A DNA stretch of 63,367 nucleotides, the filler included, from Octopus bimaculoides (taxonomy: Eukaryota), in NCBI RefSeq assembly GCF_001194135.2. It is 5 parts of 5 records of this genome, joined end to end, with 100 filler letters (N's around TTAATTAATTAA, not from the genome) between each part and the next. Parts side by side here need not be neighbours in the genome. Positions count along the whole stretch, not along the records: positions 37,583 to 44,598 come from NC_068986.1; positions 44,699 to 53,002 come from NC_068999.1; 3 more parts are not named here. One strand, written 5' to 3'. Position numbers and translations under genes: made by a program. The notes beneath the pieces were generated by a model. The model had not been told where the DNA came from and searched no databases. It worked only from the letters and a program-made list of their open reading frames with translations. Shown piece after piece: positions 37,583 to 52,329 of the stretch (positions are counted from its first letter, which is position 1; each line of letters opens with the position of its first letter).

Positions 37583-37665
37583 ACTCAAAGACGAATGAGA
37601 AGAGCAGTGAAAATACCCGAACTACAATGCGATAACTCTGAGACAAATTCGTAGTTCTTTGAAAT

Positions 37666-37844
<179 letters not shown>

Positions 37845-38399
37845 ACAATGTGACTTTATGTAATAACCAAAACCAGCCCTTTGACATAGCTTCGATAATA
37901 CAATGACTTTGAAATAACGATAGAACCCTTTTGTGTCTAGAGAAAGGGAGAGAAAGAGAGAAGGAGAAGAGACCGATGGATATGGGGAAGAAATGATGTA
38001 TTTTCTTGAAAATATGAAGGTTAAGGAAACAGAATTTTTGCTGCGGCGGTTATTGGCTGTAGTAATATTATCGTCTGATATCTTTGACAAGCAAACGGAA
38101 TTCTGTAGTAACAAGCCGATCTAACGAAATCGATACCTTTAAAATCAGATATTGAATCTATCTTTGAAATGCGTACTCCTGCGCAAAGACGCAGAAACGC
38201 ATACATACATACATACATACATACATACATACATACACATATAGGTATATGTATGCGTATACTTTGCNNNNNNNNNNTATATATAAACATATAAATGTAT
38301 ATGTGTGCGTATATGTATGTATGTATGTGCGTATGTATGTATGCATATTTAGATGGATGGATGGATGGATGGATTGCTGGATAGATGGGTGAATGCTGG

Positions 38400-38770
38400 T
38401 ATCTTGTAGTTTTGGTTATGTTAGTTATTGAACAGAGGTGAAGGAGCAACGTTCTTGACCATCGAAATCGTTCCAATCTGATTATATCGATGCCGTTGTT
38501 GCACATTTTTTATCGTTGTTGGTCGATGTCTATCATAGAAATCAATGTATAAGGTAACGTGACAGGTTCAGTGGATGGTGTTTGATAAGGTGTACAGCTC
38601 TAGTTTAGAAAAAACTGGAGACGCTGTGGTTAAACACCTAGACGTAGAGAAAGATTACGATTTGATTCTCTGAGTTTATCGTTGATGAATGACATTTTGC
38701 CAATGAGTTGAAATACCTTCGCTTGAATTTGTTCGAGATGAATTTGTCTTTAACCGTATCAAAGTGTGAT
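38400..38770 (-). mobile_element. Possible degraded Penelope RT fragment
   Basis: Frame-hopping motifs HITL, IGKMSFINDKLRE and SPLFNN resemble Penelope RT. Weak. Confidence 0.3.
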
Positions 38771-38944
38771 ATGTTTTTTAATCTTTTATCCTTGTCTTGT
38801 TTCAATCATTAGTCTAATGGTTATGCTAGGGCAGCGCCTTGAAGGGTTTAGTTTAACCAATCGACTCTACTACATATTTTAAAGTTTGGTGCCTTTTCTG
38901 GCAGTCTATTTTGCCGAACAATCTTTTGAGTCATGTGATAGATA

Positions 38945-39143
38945 AAAAAAGGAAAGAAAATTCACAGCTACAACGTTCTTAATATGTGCGACGTATCAGT
39001 TAAAATAATTTTTTTGCACTTCTTGTATGGATGGTAAGCCAGGGATCATCCTCAAATAATCTTCAGATCAGTTTTTGGTCATTCCAAGTGTAGCTACAGT
39101 CACTGCTATAGTAATCGTCTTGAAGCCGTGACTGAGGGAGAAA
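38945..39143 (-). mobile_element. R4/Dong-clade LINE C-terminal fragment
   Basis: KTITIAVTVATLGMTKN*SEDYLRMIPGLPSIQEVQK resembles the end of the REL domain (IPVIVGALGMIKK...IPG.PSLQEVQK). The 5' truncation abuts (AAT)n. Confidence 0.7.
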
Positions 39144-39145
39144 AT

Positions 39146-39154
39146 TTACAATTC

Positions 39155-39227
<73 letters not shown>

Positions 39228-39234
39228 ATTATTA

Positions 39235-39313
<79 letters not shown>
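39146..39313. repeat. (ATT)n microsatellite
   Basis: Directly visible. Confidence 0.95.
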
Positions 39314-39314
<1 letters not shown>

Positions 39315-39315
39315 G

Positions 39316-39866
39316 AGTGAGAGAGAAGTGCATTCTGTCAAAGTAACACTGGAGTAAATACACGAAGCCCAATATACCCATCATGACTACCCGTCGGATA
39401 AGGGTGCACCAAGCACATGCACCACAACCATATGTGTGCGACAAGGTGATCTCATATCAAGATAAACAGTGCATGGCCTCGCAAGTGGGGCCCAGTTAGA
39501 ATTTTCTTGAGGTCGAGTAGCCCATCATGCTCAAAAGGTCCCTGAATAAGGTTTGTTAAGAATGTTGAGCAAAACACCCATGTTTCCAAAGGTGAATTAT
39601 TGAAACACCTAAGAATTCCCATCAACACATGACTATGATGCTCCCCCACTACTTCTGCTCATGATTAGAGATGTACATATCGTCAGCCACCAAGGGACAT
39701 GCTCAACTGGTTAAGGTCAAACAACTGACAAGCAAATCTGTGGTATTGAACAGAATATTTGCTGTAGCCCATCTTTTTATACCAAGACAAAACAATGTAC
39801 ATGATAACACTTCCAATCAATTAAGACCAGAACCCATGAGAGCCACTACGTGGTACTGCATCCGGG

Positions 39867-39870
<4 letters not shown>
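39316..39870 (-). mobile_element. Putative non-autonomous element embedded in an (AAT)n array
   Basis: About 555 nt of complex, GC-balanced sequence with no recognisable ORF, bounded on both sides by ATT/AAT runs. Orientation is inferred from an (AAT)n tail. Confidence 0.5.
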
Positions 39871-40475
<605 letters not shown>

Positions 40476-40867
40476 TATAACATTCATAGCTTTGTTTAAA
40501 TACGTGCAGTTGTATTTTATTTTAATTCTATAGCACTATTTTATATCTTTAAATATTTTCCTTTATTTTCCATCTTAAAAATCTCTTTCGCGAATATATA
40601 TATATATATATAAAAAGTATTTGTGGACGTTTATATGAAAGCTCCATATTCTGAGGACACATGGAGACTCAAAGACTGGTAACATAACTGACAAGGGAAT
40701 ACTGCAACTCTACTTGCTGAAGTATTAAATTCCATGAATTTGTTAAATTTTATTCCTTTACCCCCTCTCAGTATTTTTATTTTCCTTCTGCATTATGCTT
40801 TAGTTTGTTTTGATATAATACTTTTATTTATTTATCAAGTTAGGTAGTAATAATAATAACAATAATG

Positions 40868-40934
<67 letters not shown>

Positions 40935-40947
40935 TAATAATAATAAT

Positions 40948-41043
<96 letters not shown>

Positions 41044-41371
41044 CAGTATTGTTATTATTATTATTATTATCACTAATTTACTTCGCATGCAAAATTCGTA
41101 AACTTTATTCTGTTTAGTATTTATTTATTTATTTATTTATTTATATTTAATTTTCTTTCTGTTCTATGTATTTTCGTTAAGATGGCTTCCATCTTGTTAT
41201 TGCTGTGTTTTATTTTAATATGTTATATATATATAATTTGAACTTCAAGAGGTGGTAATGTACTTGAATGTTTCATAGATTGGAACGAAACACAAAACAT
41301 TTCTTGGTATGTTCTTTTGTTTCCTTAATTGAAAACTATTGGTGGAATAGAAAAGGAATAGCAAAAAATAA

Positions 41372-41417
<46 letters not shown>

Positions 41418-42532
41418 GTATATATGTATATACATATATATATATATATATATATGTATGTTTATATATATATATGTATGTATATATATAAATATATATA
41501 TATANNNNNNNNNNNNNNNNNNNNNNNNNNNNNNNNNNNNNNNNNNNNNNNNNNNNNNNNNNNNNNNNNNNNNNNNNNNNNNNNNNNNNNNNNNNNNNNN
41601 NNNNNNNNNNNNNNNNNNNNNNNNNNNNNNNNNNNNNNNNNNNNNNNNNNNNNNNNNNNNNNNNNNNNNNNNNNNNNNNNNNNNNNNNNNNNNNNNNNNN
41701 NNNNNNNNNNNNNNNNNNNNNNNNNNNNNNNNNNNNNNNNNNNNNNNNNNNNNNNNNNNNNNNNNNNNNNNNNNNNNNNNNNNNNNNNNNNNNNNNNNNN
41801 NNNNNNNNNNNNNNNNNNNNNNNNNNNNNNNNNNNNNNNNNNNNNNNNNNNNNNNNNNNNNNNNNNNNNNNNNNNNNNNNNNNNNNNNNNNNNNNNNNNN
41901 NNNNNNNNNNNNNNNNNNNNNNNNNNNNNNNNNNNNNNNNNNNNNNNNNNNNNNNNNNNNNNNNNNNNNNNNNNNNNNNNNNNNNNNNNNNNNNNNNNNN
42001 NNNNNNNNNNNNNNNNNNNNNNNNNNNNNNNNNNNNNNNNNNNNNNNNNNNNNNNNNNNNNNNNNNNNNNNNNNNNNNNNNNNNNNNNNNNNNNNNNNNN
42101 NNNNNNNNNNNNNNNNNNNNNNNNNNNNNNNNNNNNNNNNNNNNNNNNNNNNNNNNNNNNNNNNNNNNNNNNNNNNNNNNNNNNNNNNNNNNNNNNNNNN
42201 NNNNNNNNNNNNNNNNNNNNNNNNNNNTATATATAGACAAACACACATGCACAGGTGTGTATCTGAGGTAGCGGCAAGCGTGTTAGATATAACTAAGGAG
42301 CGGATTAATTTTATAACTAATCTATTATACAAATATGGCGCCCGTTAATATCAACATATTAATTTTAATCATAATCACCATTCTTCACCGTCCCTATAAA
42401 CCGCCTTTGCATTCATCTATTCTTCCCTTTCTGGTTTCGATGGAATGGATTAATGTCTTCCACCTAAAATTACTGACATTGTACAAGAATTTAAAATTAT
42501 TATGATTATTATTAGCATTATTATTGTTATGA

Positions 42533-42800
<268 letters not shown>

Positions 42801-43019
42801 CTTGTATTTAAGGTCTGCTTTCCCTTCACTGCCGACCGAAGCTTTTTGTGTGTCTCTCCTGCAGACTGGGTTTTGTAATCCTTACTATAAAATGCGGGCT
42901 GTGTCTAGCAGTGTTATTTACTGTATGTTATACATACTCATTAGATCTGAGATTTTGTTAAAGAAATTCCCGCCGCATCATTTGAAGATGGAGAAACAAA
43001 CAAATGCGTCTTTGGTGTA

Positions 43020-43900
43020 CATATATCCAATCAGGATAATATTTCCCTTCATTGTTGATTACATAGCCCAATCTATTTGGAAAATTTTTCTTTCTTCGGA
43101 ATTAATATTCTTCAGGCTTCGAAGCAAAGAAAAACTGAATATCATTAAAAAAAGTTTTACACCATTTTCCTATACAATGATCTTGCAATGATGTGAAAAG
43201 ATGATATTGTGATGGAGCAGGGAACAAGAGATTAAGGAAGATCACGCAAAATTTCGATATTTAGCGCCGCAATCTTTTCCTGAGTGACTTGGACAACGTA
43301 TGGTCATGTATAATCGTGTTAGAGTAAGATACCTTTAGAGCTGGCGAAACACAGGGGCTTTTCCTGCAATTTCTTCTGCGATGGTTATGACTCATGGCAA
43401 TTAATAGTTTCGTCTTGGTTAAACTCTTCATAATGGGTGACCCCCTAATATCCACCCCTTCACAAAAAAACACAAAGTATATCTCTTTGCTAGTGTAGTC
43501 CTGTTTTGCGAATGGATTCTCCTTTTTCATTGTCTTTCGTTGGATGTGATTATTGATAACCCACTTTTCATTACTTAGAATGATTCTACTCAGGAAATGT
43601 TCGGTAGGAAATCTAATCTTCAATGACGAGCTGAGAGTAGCATTTTCATTGAGCTGAGAAGCAATCAGATAATGAGAGACACACTGACCAACTTTAGACA
43701 ATTTTGTTAATTCATAAAGGCGATTCACATCAATGTGTGACTTGAATTCAAATGAATTAGAGTTTACATTGGCTTTTCCGGAACTACGCTTTTTAAATGC
43801 TCAATATTGATAGAATTTGAACGTCCAGATTCCAGAGGTGAATCTGCGAGAGAAAGAAAGTTCCCGAGTGAAACTAGCAAAAACTCTCGTTCGCATGACC
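43020..43900 (-). mobile_element. Highly degraded mariner transposase
   Basis: LSKVGQCVSHYL...EHFLSRIILSNEKWV and C-terminal FFASKPEEY...FPNRLGYVINNEGKYY align with mariner motifs (WVPHEL, FL.RIVTGDEKW, FFASKP..FY). Confidence 0.75.
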
Positions 43901-44598
43901 GGAGAGTTTTACAGGTAAAGAATTATACATATTTCTATCATACAGCGTTCATCACGCCTACCCCAAAGTTATGGTAGCCCAACCGCATAATAATCAGTTT
44001 CAGCTTAGTGACGTCTGTCTATTATGTATAAGTGATTTATCAGCAGGTCCATTTTAGTAACATGAATCTGTATGAGGAAAAGTATGCAGAGTATGTATTC
44101 ATTTAATTCAATATACAGAACGTTGTACTCCCCTTCCCTGATATCAATCACACTCACTCTGCTACTAAGTTTTCCTCAGACTAATACTTTTTGCACCCTT
44201 CTCATTTCATCATATAATTCGCCCAACCTCAACTATGGGGAACGTTATAGATTTTTTTTTTTGAAATCCAATTAGCCTATTATTGAACTGGATGTTAATG
44301 TGACATGGATGCAAAATGTGGTGAATATTGGTTTGCCGGTTTAGGCAGTAAGATGGTAAAATCCGAAACTGGCATTTATATATAATACATATGGTCTGCT
44401 TCAGCTGTTCAGGAAAGAATCTGCTTAAGTAATTCCATAGACACGTGCGCATATATACACACACACAAAACATATGCGCGCGCATGAACACACAGACATA
44501 CACAGTTATGCATATGTATATATACACATATATGCATATATATGTATATATACCTATATATATATATATATGTGTGTATGTATATATATATATATATA

Positions 44599-44698
44599 NN
44601 NNNNNNNNNNNNNNNNNNNNNNNNNNNNNNNNNNNNNNNNNNTTAATTAATTAANNNNNNNNNNNNNNNNNNNNNNNNNNNNNNNNNNNNNNNNNNNN
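44599..44698. other. Artificial scaffold spacer
   Basis: N-flanked TTAATTAATTAA at 44643-44654. Confidence 0.95.
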
Positions 44699-45469
44699 AT
44701 ATATATAAAGGACAGTCTATCCACTCAAAATCTACACACTATGTTTGTCTCGCCACTCAACATCAACATATTGTCTGTCTCCCTCCACTCACCATCCATG
44801 CAATGCATTTTTTTGTCTACACGACATCTATACATTGTATAGCTACTTACACACCATCTATACTCTTATGCCAGTCCACAACAATAACAGCATATTGTCT
44901 GTTTGCCCAGTTAACATTTGCATAGTATGTTGAGCTTGATAAGGTGTCGTAAATAGCATCAAGGGTATGATGAAGTTAAATGTTAGCACGTTAAGCAAAT
45001 CATATTCCGCTGCACTATATGGTGTCCGACCTGGTCCAACCCCTTTGGTCACTGTGTCCAAACTATCTTACTAACTTATATTTCTATTGGGGGAAATGTC
45101 GCTCCTTTCCTTTGACTATAACGACTTAGCAGCTTGGAAAGTAACCCAGAATCGATCACCCTATTGATAACATCATACCAAGTGTCCTCTATCTGAACCG
45201 ATTCTTGATTATCTGCAACTGTTCGGTAAGATTTCACTTTCTACCCCTACAAAACTCATTGCTAGCTACTGCTGCTTTAGGACTCCTTATGTTATTATGG
45301 TTCCACTTGTTCTCGTATGTATGTATGTATGTATGTATGTATGTATGTGTGTGCGTGTGTGTATACGGGTACATATGTATATATATATATATATATATAC
45401 ATATATATATGTATATATATATGTATATATGTATATATATAACTATATACACGCACACACATACACAGA

Positions 45470-45515
<46 letters not shown>

Positions 45516-45575
45516 CATACATATATATATATACATATACATATATATACATGTCCACATACATAATACGTATAT

Positions 45576-45650
<75 letters not shown>

Positions 45651-46462
45651 CATACATAGGTATGTACATATATGTATGTATATATGCATATATTTATATA
45701 TTATTTATATTATTATATGATCGAACGTCACACATCCTTTTCCAAGTAAGTCTTATCTTAATAATTACGACACGCACTCTTATTCCATCTATTCTCTGTC
45801 TATCTATCTCCCTCTCTTGTTCTTCTCCCTTTCTGTTTTTCTCTCCCACCCTTTCCCTATTCTTCTACTCTCTCCTTCACTGTTCCCCCCTCTCTCTCAC
45901 TCTTCCTCCTTGACTCTCTCGTTGCTCACACGTGACCAACGGCCATCCATCTAACTTTCTTCCACTTCCTTCCTAAAGACAAGACGTGTTCTTATCTGTC
46001 TCTTCTCAAAGCTCATTTTTCTAGTGTTCACCACTTGACATCGTCTTGGCTTAACAGCTCTCACCGTTTGTTTTTACTGTTTTGTTCTCACTGTCCTGTT
46101 TTTGTTACCACTGTCACCCTCCGCAAAAAATCCCAAATTTTATTTAATTGGCTTTGCGGGAAAGACTGTTTTAACGAAGTCGCATCTTGTCCTTACCTTC
46201 GAAACGCGGAGTAGATAAAACAGGGGACAACTGATGAAGGGAATTTTCCTTATGTTGCATGTCTCGTTTTTCTGTTTGTTTGTTTTTCTCGTTGTTCGAA
46301 AAAAAGTTCGTTTTCTATGTTTTTGTTTTTTATGTTCTCGTTTCTCATTTTGTCTACGTTTTTTTATGTCCTGTATCCATTTATGCATGTATATATACAT
46401 ATATATGTAGGTATGTATATATATATATATGTACGTATGTACGCATATATTTATATATTACT

Positions 46463-46513
<51 letters not shown>

Positions 46514-47274
46514 CACACATACATAGGAATATACATACATAGAAGCATACATGATGGTGGCTGTCTCCTCGTTAGACGAGCTAACCATCGCTGACTGATG
46601 AGTCAGCAATGCCCATGCAAGGGTTTTAAGTCGAGTGCTAGTTCCACAACACTACAGTGCCTCTCACTAGGAACATCAAGAAGTCCAAAATGAAAGATAA
46701 CGGATCAATTTAGAGCAGCAGGTTTTATAGACGAGTTAGCCTTCTCCTAGAGGGATGCCTTTGAAAACATCAGGGCTCCCATATTTCCAGTGGGCTTGCT
46801 GCGCCCTCTAACACTAACCAGATTATTTCCACGTTCAGACGATTACATACATACATACATACGTACATACATAATACATACATACATACATACATACATA
46901 CATACATGTGTGTGTGTATTATGCAATAAGAAATGGATAGTTTAAGACACCACTACATACGCTTCAATAACGTGATTTAATTCAGATACAAGTCCATTAC
47001 ATAGTTTAATAGGTAACATTACGTAAATTCATTTCTTTATATAACCGCCATCTCATCAGGTGATATTCTGCCGAGTGGTTTGGTAAAAATATGATAAATC
47101 CATGGGGGAATAGAGCATTTTTAGAGCCATTTGGCATCTATTTCTAGCGTGTTGGTGGGGTTATTCCGCAACCTTTAATATAATTATCTTATATAATTAT
47201 AAATTAATATATACATATATATACATGTGTGAGTGTGTGTGTGTGTTTGTGCGCGCGCGCGTGTATGTGTGATT

Positions 47275-49325
47275 ATTCTGTTTATTTCAAGATTTCTTGC
47301 CAATAGAGAAAGAATCGGTTTCTAACCTAGATCTAAGGCTTCTTCATTAGAATTTCAATATATATGTATGTATGCGTATATGTGCATGTGTGTGTGTGTG
47401 TGTTTGTATGTATATATGCAGATTTGTATGCTTTGCTTTACCTATGTATTCTCATGTATATAGTTGCATATCTTGATATGCTCATATATATTTAAATATA
47501 TTCAAATATATTTAAATATATTCAAACATATTTAAATAAACTTCTGGAAAGTTTTACAGATTTTTAGAGTTCTAGTGATGGATTGATCTGTATAGTCTTC
47601 GAATTAGCCTTCTCCTTTCTCGTTTTGAGAAGCCTCATTTCTCATGATTAGAATTTAGGCAGTGTGTTATATATCTCAGGACTCTAATAAGTACAGGTAT
47701 AAACCTGAACTTGTAATCCGGAAAAAGTAACTGCAGATTTATCAATAGTTCAGAATAGGAGTTCTCTTTTCCACTGATCTTCAGCTTTCTGGGCAGTTAA
47801 TTTCCACAACTATGCCCAGTTTCTCTTCTCTATCCCAAATCATTATATCAAGTCTGTTGTGCTTATATTTTATTGAGGTCTTCACTGGTACATTCCACCA
47901 GTATTCCTTTTCATTATGAGTGGCTATGGCTTCTACCATATTGTGGGTTTTTATTTCTTTGTCCTCAGGATTATCCTTCCGACAGATTTCATTATAGAGT
48001 GTCCTATCTACAATGTGATGTCTCATCGGTAGATAATAGCGTGATGACATTTTCGGACAACTGCTTATGATGTGGGTGATATCTTCAGTGTGAACTCCAC
48101 AAAGTCTGCATCGGTTGTCACTTTTTACGGCTTTTCCTGCAACTCTATCCCTTTTGTGCATCAGGTACTTGGCTGATATTTCCTGTTCCTGGATTGCAAA
48201 CGCATGCTCTTCAAAGTGGGAGGCAGTAATCCGGCTATTCGCCCATGATAAACTGCTTTGATGATTGATGTTACTATCATCACGGAGCTTTCTACTAACA
48301 TATCCATGCATTTTCTTCTGCTCATATAGGCTCATCTTTTCATCTATGCGACTTTCATCGTGCGACTTCTTTGGACATGTATTCTAGGTTATCAGACAAA
48401 GAGTGTAGCTCAAGGAGCTGCCTTCCAAGTCTTATAATGTCATGAGCCTCATGTTTGCAAACTTGATCAAGGGATGCACTTCGACGCTTGGTGGTCAAAA
48501 GATGTTGCCGAAGGGATATGACGCGATATGCAAAGACATTTTGGATCGATGTTAAGTCTCTGTCGCCTTGTTTTCGTTTTAGGTATAGGCGATCTACGTC
48601 ACTGTTTATGTGGAAATTATGTATGCTTGTTAGTATTTTTCGGGTTTTCACGTCAATGGTTCGGATCTCATCAAGTGTCCAATCAAGCAGCTCAAATGTT
48701 GGTATGAGTACTGGCACTGCAAACACATTGTGGGCCACTGTTTTATTGAATGCAGAGAGTTCTGGGTTCCAAATTTTCTTTATTCGGCTGTAATATTCTT
48801 TAGTGACACGCGTTTTATTATAGGTGTCATTGTAAGATATATTTTCATCAACCCCTAGATATCTGCAACATTCCTCGTCAGATACAGGGGAAACAGTCAA
48901 ATCATTGATGGAGATGTTACTAGACTGGTTTATAGTTTTTCCTCTTTTCACAACCATATAGCAACATTTATCCTGATCAAATTCCAGCCCTACATCCTTT
49001 GAGAATGTTCTAACTAGGTCAAGGCTCTGTTTCATCTCATGCATATTCTTTGCATAAAGTTTTAAGTCATCCACAAAGAAACAGCGTGTAATTTTGGTAT
49101 TTCTGTTTCCTTGTGAACCAGTGAGATACCCTTCAGCCCTCCTAAACATGAATGACAAGGGGTTTACAGAAAGTATAAACAACATCACAGAGAGGCTGTC
49201 TCCTTGGAATATGCCTTTGCGATACTGTATTCGGTGGGTGATAATACAGTCACTCCTTGTGTTTAATTTCAAGAAGGTGGCCCACGATGGAGTCAGGTCA
49301 ACTATGGCTTTGATAATTCTCATTA
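47275..49325 (-). mobile_element. R4/Dong-clade non-LTR retrotransposon, 5'-truncated (RT, CCHC, REL endonuclease, 3' UTR)
   Basis: GIFQGDSLS..LF, FFVDDLKLY, CRLCGVHTEDITHIISSCP, WWNVP...HNRLDIMIWD...VEINCP. The ORF continues after a frameshift (FPDYKFRFIPV) to about 47530. Confidence 0.92.
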
Positions 49326-49387
49326 GAACTTTAGCAATGTATGTATGTATGTATGTATGTATGTATGTATGTATGTATGTATATGCA

Positions 49388-49580
49388 CGTTTGTTTTGTG
49401 TTTGTGTTTATGCTCTCACTGCATGACAACCAATGCTGGTTTTTATGTTCCTGTAACCAAGCAGTTCTGCATAGGAGACTGATAGAATAAGTAGCAGATT
49501 TAAAAATAACTTCTGGGGTCGATTTCTTCAACTAAACCATTGAAGATACGATTCAAGGTGCCTTAGCATGGTCGTAATTA
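49388..49580 (+). mobile_element. SINE family A 3' half (degraded)
   Basis: catgacaaccaatgctggtt...gatagaataagta...ctggggtcgattt. Confidence 0.65.
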
Positions 49581-50417
49581 GGTGGCTGAAAGAGGTGAAA
49601 GATAAACGATATATATACATATGCATACACAAATACACGCGCGCGCGCGCACCCACCCACCCACACATACACACACATACACACACACACCCACGCATGC
49701 ATACGTTAATGGTAAGTTAACTGACAGAGTAAGTACCGGCTGCTGGAAGATAGAGTACAAATTCTTTAATAAGATTAAGCCATAGCACTGTCTATATTCT
49801 TGGTTACGAGCAAAACAAACAGCACATTTGTCGCATTCGGCTTAAAATATATCTTATTTACTGTATTAACCGTATAGCGTTGAGTTCGTTAATTTGACTT
49901 ATGGTAAACTTGTCCTACTAAACAAAATAATCACACATATACACACACACACACACATACATACATACATACATACATACGTACATACATACATACATAT
50001 GGACACGTTTATTCATATATGTGTGCGCCAAGACTTATGTAACATCGTTAATCATGTAAGACCCATGACAATCCGAAATATCACAGTATCATGCTAAAGT
50101 CTCTGTTGTTTAATAGACTATTTTCTTCTTAAATATAAACCACGACTTATATATTTCTTTCCTTTTCGGCCTCAAACAGCTACATCCTCCCGTTTTTTTC
50201 AATATGGCGTCTACTGTAGTTTTACTGATATTTTCTCGCTTCTGTTACTGCCGACATTTATTGCAAACGGGACGACATTTTACTCATGTTTATAACTAGT
50301 ATTGATTTGGTCAACGGGTGCAAATGTCATGCTGGGTCGTACACACACACACACGCACGCGCACACACACAGAGTCACAAACACATATATGGATACAAAT
50401 ACACTCAAAGTTACATG

Positions 50418-50448
<31 letters not shown>

Positions 50449-50565
50449 ACACACACACACATGTATAGCTGCATATATATGTACAACGTGCGGAGTATGA
50501 GTTTGTATGTGTGTATGTATATATACATACATATATATACATACATACATATATANNNNNNNNNN

Positions 50566-50606
<41 letters not shown>

Positions 50607-50711
50607 ACATATGCATATATATATACATATATATATGTACATGCACACATATACATATATATATGTAAGTGTATGTATGTATGTATGTATGTATGTATGT
50701 ATGTATGTATA

Positions 50712-50742
<31 letters not shown>

Positions 50743-50776
50743 CTATATATCTATATACATATACACGTACACACAC

Positions 50777-50837
<61 letters not shown>

Positions 50838-51445
50838 AAGTATATGGTTTTTCGATGTGTGTATGTGTCTCTGTGTGCCTCTATGTGTGTGTATGTGTGG
50901 GCATAGGAGTGTGAAAAACGATGTAGGAAACAAAATTAGAGATCGTGAGAGAGGGTTGTGAAGCTTTTTACACAACGCTACGTCTTGACAACTCCCGGAA
51001 ATTTCATAGACTGTTGGACGAAGAAATGAACACACACACACACGTACATACACACATATACGCACACACACGCACATACACACGTATATACATATATATA
51101 TTTATATGTATACATATACAGGCTTATACATACATACATATATATAAGTATATATGTATATACGTGCATATGTATGTATATATATATATATANNNNNNNN
51201 NNNNNNNNNNNNNNNNNNNNNNNNNNNNNNNNNNNNNNNNNNNNNNNNNNNNNNNNNNNNNNNNNNNNNNNNNNNNNNNNNNNNNNNNNNNNNNNNNNNN
51301 NNNNNNNNNNNNNNNNNNNNNNNNNNNNNNNNNNNNNNNNNNNNNNNNNNNNNNNNNNNNNNNNNNNNNNNNNNNNNNNNNNNNNNNNNNNNNNNNNNNN
51401 NNNNNNNNNNNNNNNNNNNNNNNNNNNNNATATATAATATATATA

Positions 51446-51477
<32 letters not shown>

Positions 51478-51524
51478 CGTATATAGGTATATGCATATGT
51501 ACATATATATATATATATATATAA

Positions 51525-51557
<33 letters not shown>

Positions 51558-51564
51558 TATATAC

Positions 51565-51613
<49 letters not shown>

Positions 51614-52329
51614 TGTGAGTACTACACTTGATCTTAGCCAAATCACCATATTGTACGTAAATTTGAGCGCAAACTGAATCCGTACTAATGAATATACATA
51701 CATCTCCCGCTTACGTAAATGAACAAAGATACCAGACACATACACACACACACACACACACGCACACAGACATATATACATATATATATGTACATACATA
51801 TACACATACACACAAACGTATATTATATATGCACCTACATATATATATAAATATACATATACACATACTTAGATGCATACATATATGTGTGTTTATGTGT
51901 GTGTTTATGCGCGCGTGCGCGTGCGCGTGCGTGTATAGACTGTGTCTCACGTTTTTAGTTGTTCAACAATTAAAGTAAAGAAACAACAAGGCAATATATA
52001 AGCAAAAATATTCGCATGAGGTGAAAATATATGCCATTACTATGCCTCGAATTGATTGGTTGCCGGAAAAGTCATCTATTCATCGTCTTGCACAACATAC
52101 TTGAAATTTTCATGGATTCCTGGCCAGAAAATTGTAATACTTTTCCATATTTTCAATGCCTTATGTGTTAATCCGACGGGAAGAACAAGAATTACTCTTG
52201 TTTATAAAATTTAATTGTTGATGATCGAATGAATGTTTTCTCTTTCATTATATGACCTGTCAGAGTATGATGAATGTATTATGTAGAAACAAAAGAATCT
52301 AGGCGGTTAGTTGTTTGAAATTCTACAAA

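Noticed and set aside
39065-39110. Apparent U2 snRNA similarity (ttttgg...caagtgtag)
   Set aside because: The opposite strand translates as an R4/Dong C-terminus (LGMTKN*SEDYLRMIPGLPSIQEVQK), which explains the sequence better. The U2 match is short.
46190-46250. GAAACGCG...CTGATGAAGG as a circularly permuted hammerhead
   Set aside because: No closing stem I hairpin forms between GUA and CUGAUGA, and stem II would need to use the core GA. It may belong to a decayed Penelope-like terminus but is not supportable as a ribozyme.
46588-46606. Hairpin gctgact-gatg-agtcagc containing CTGATGA
   Set aside because: No GAAA or stem III follows. It is a simple short palindrome.
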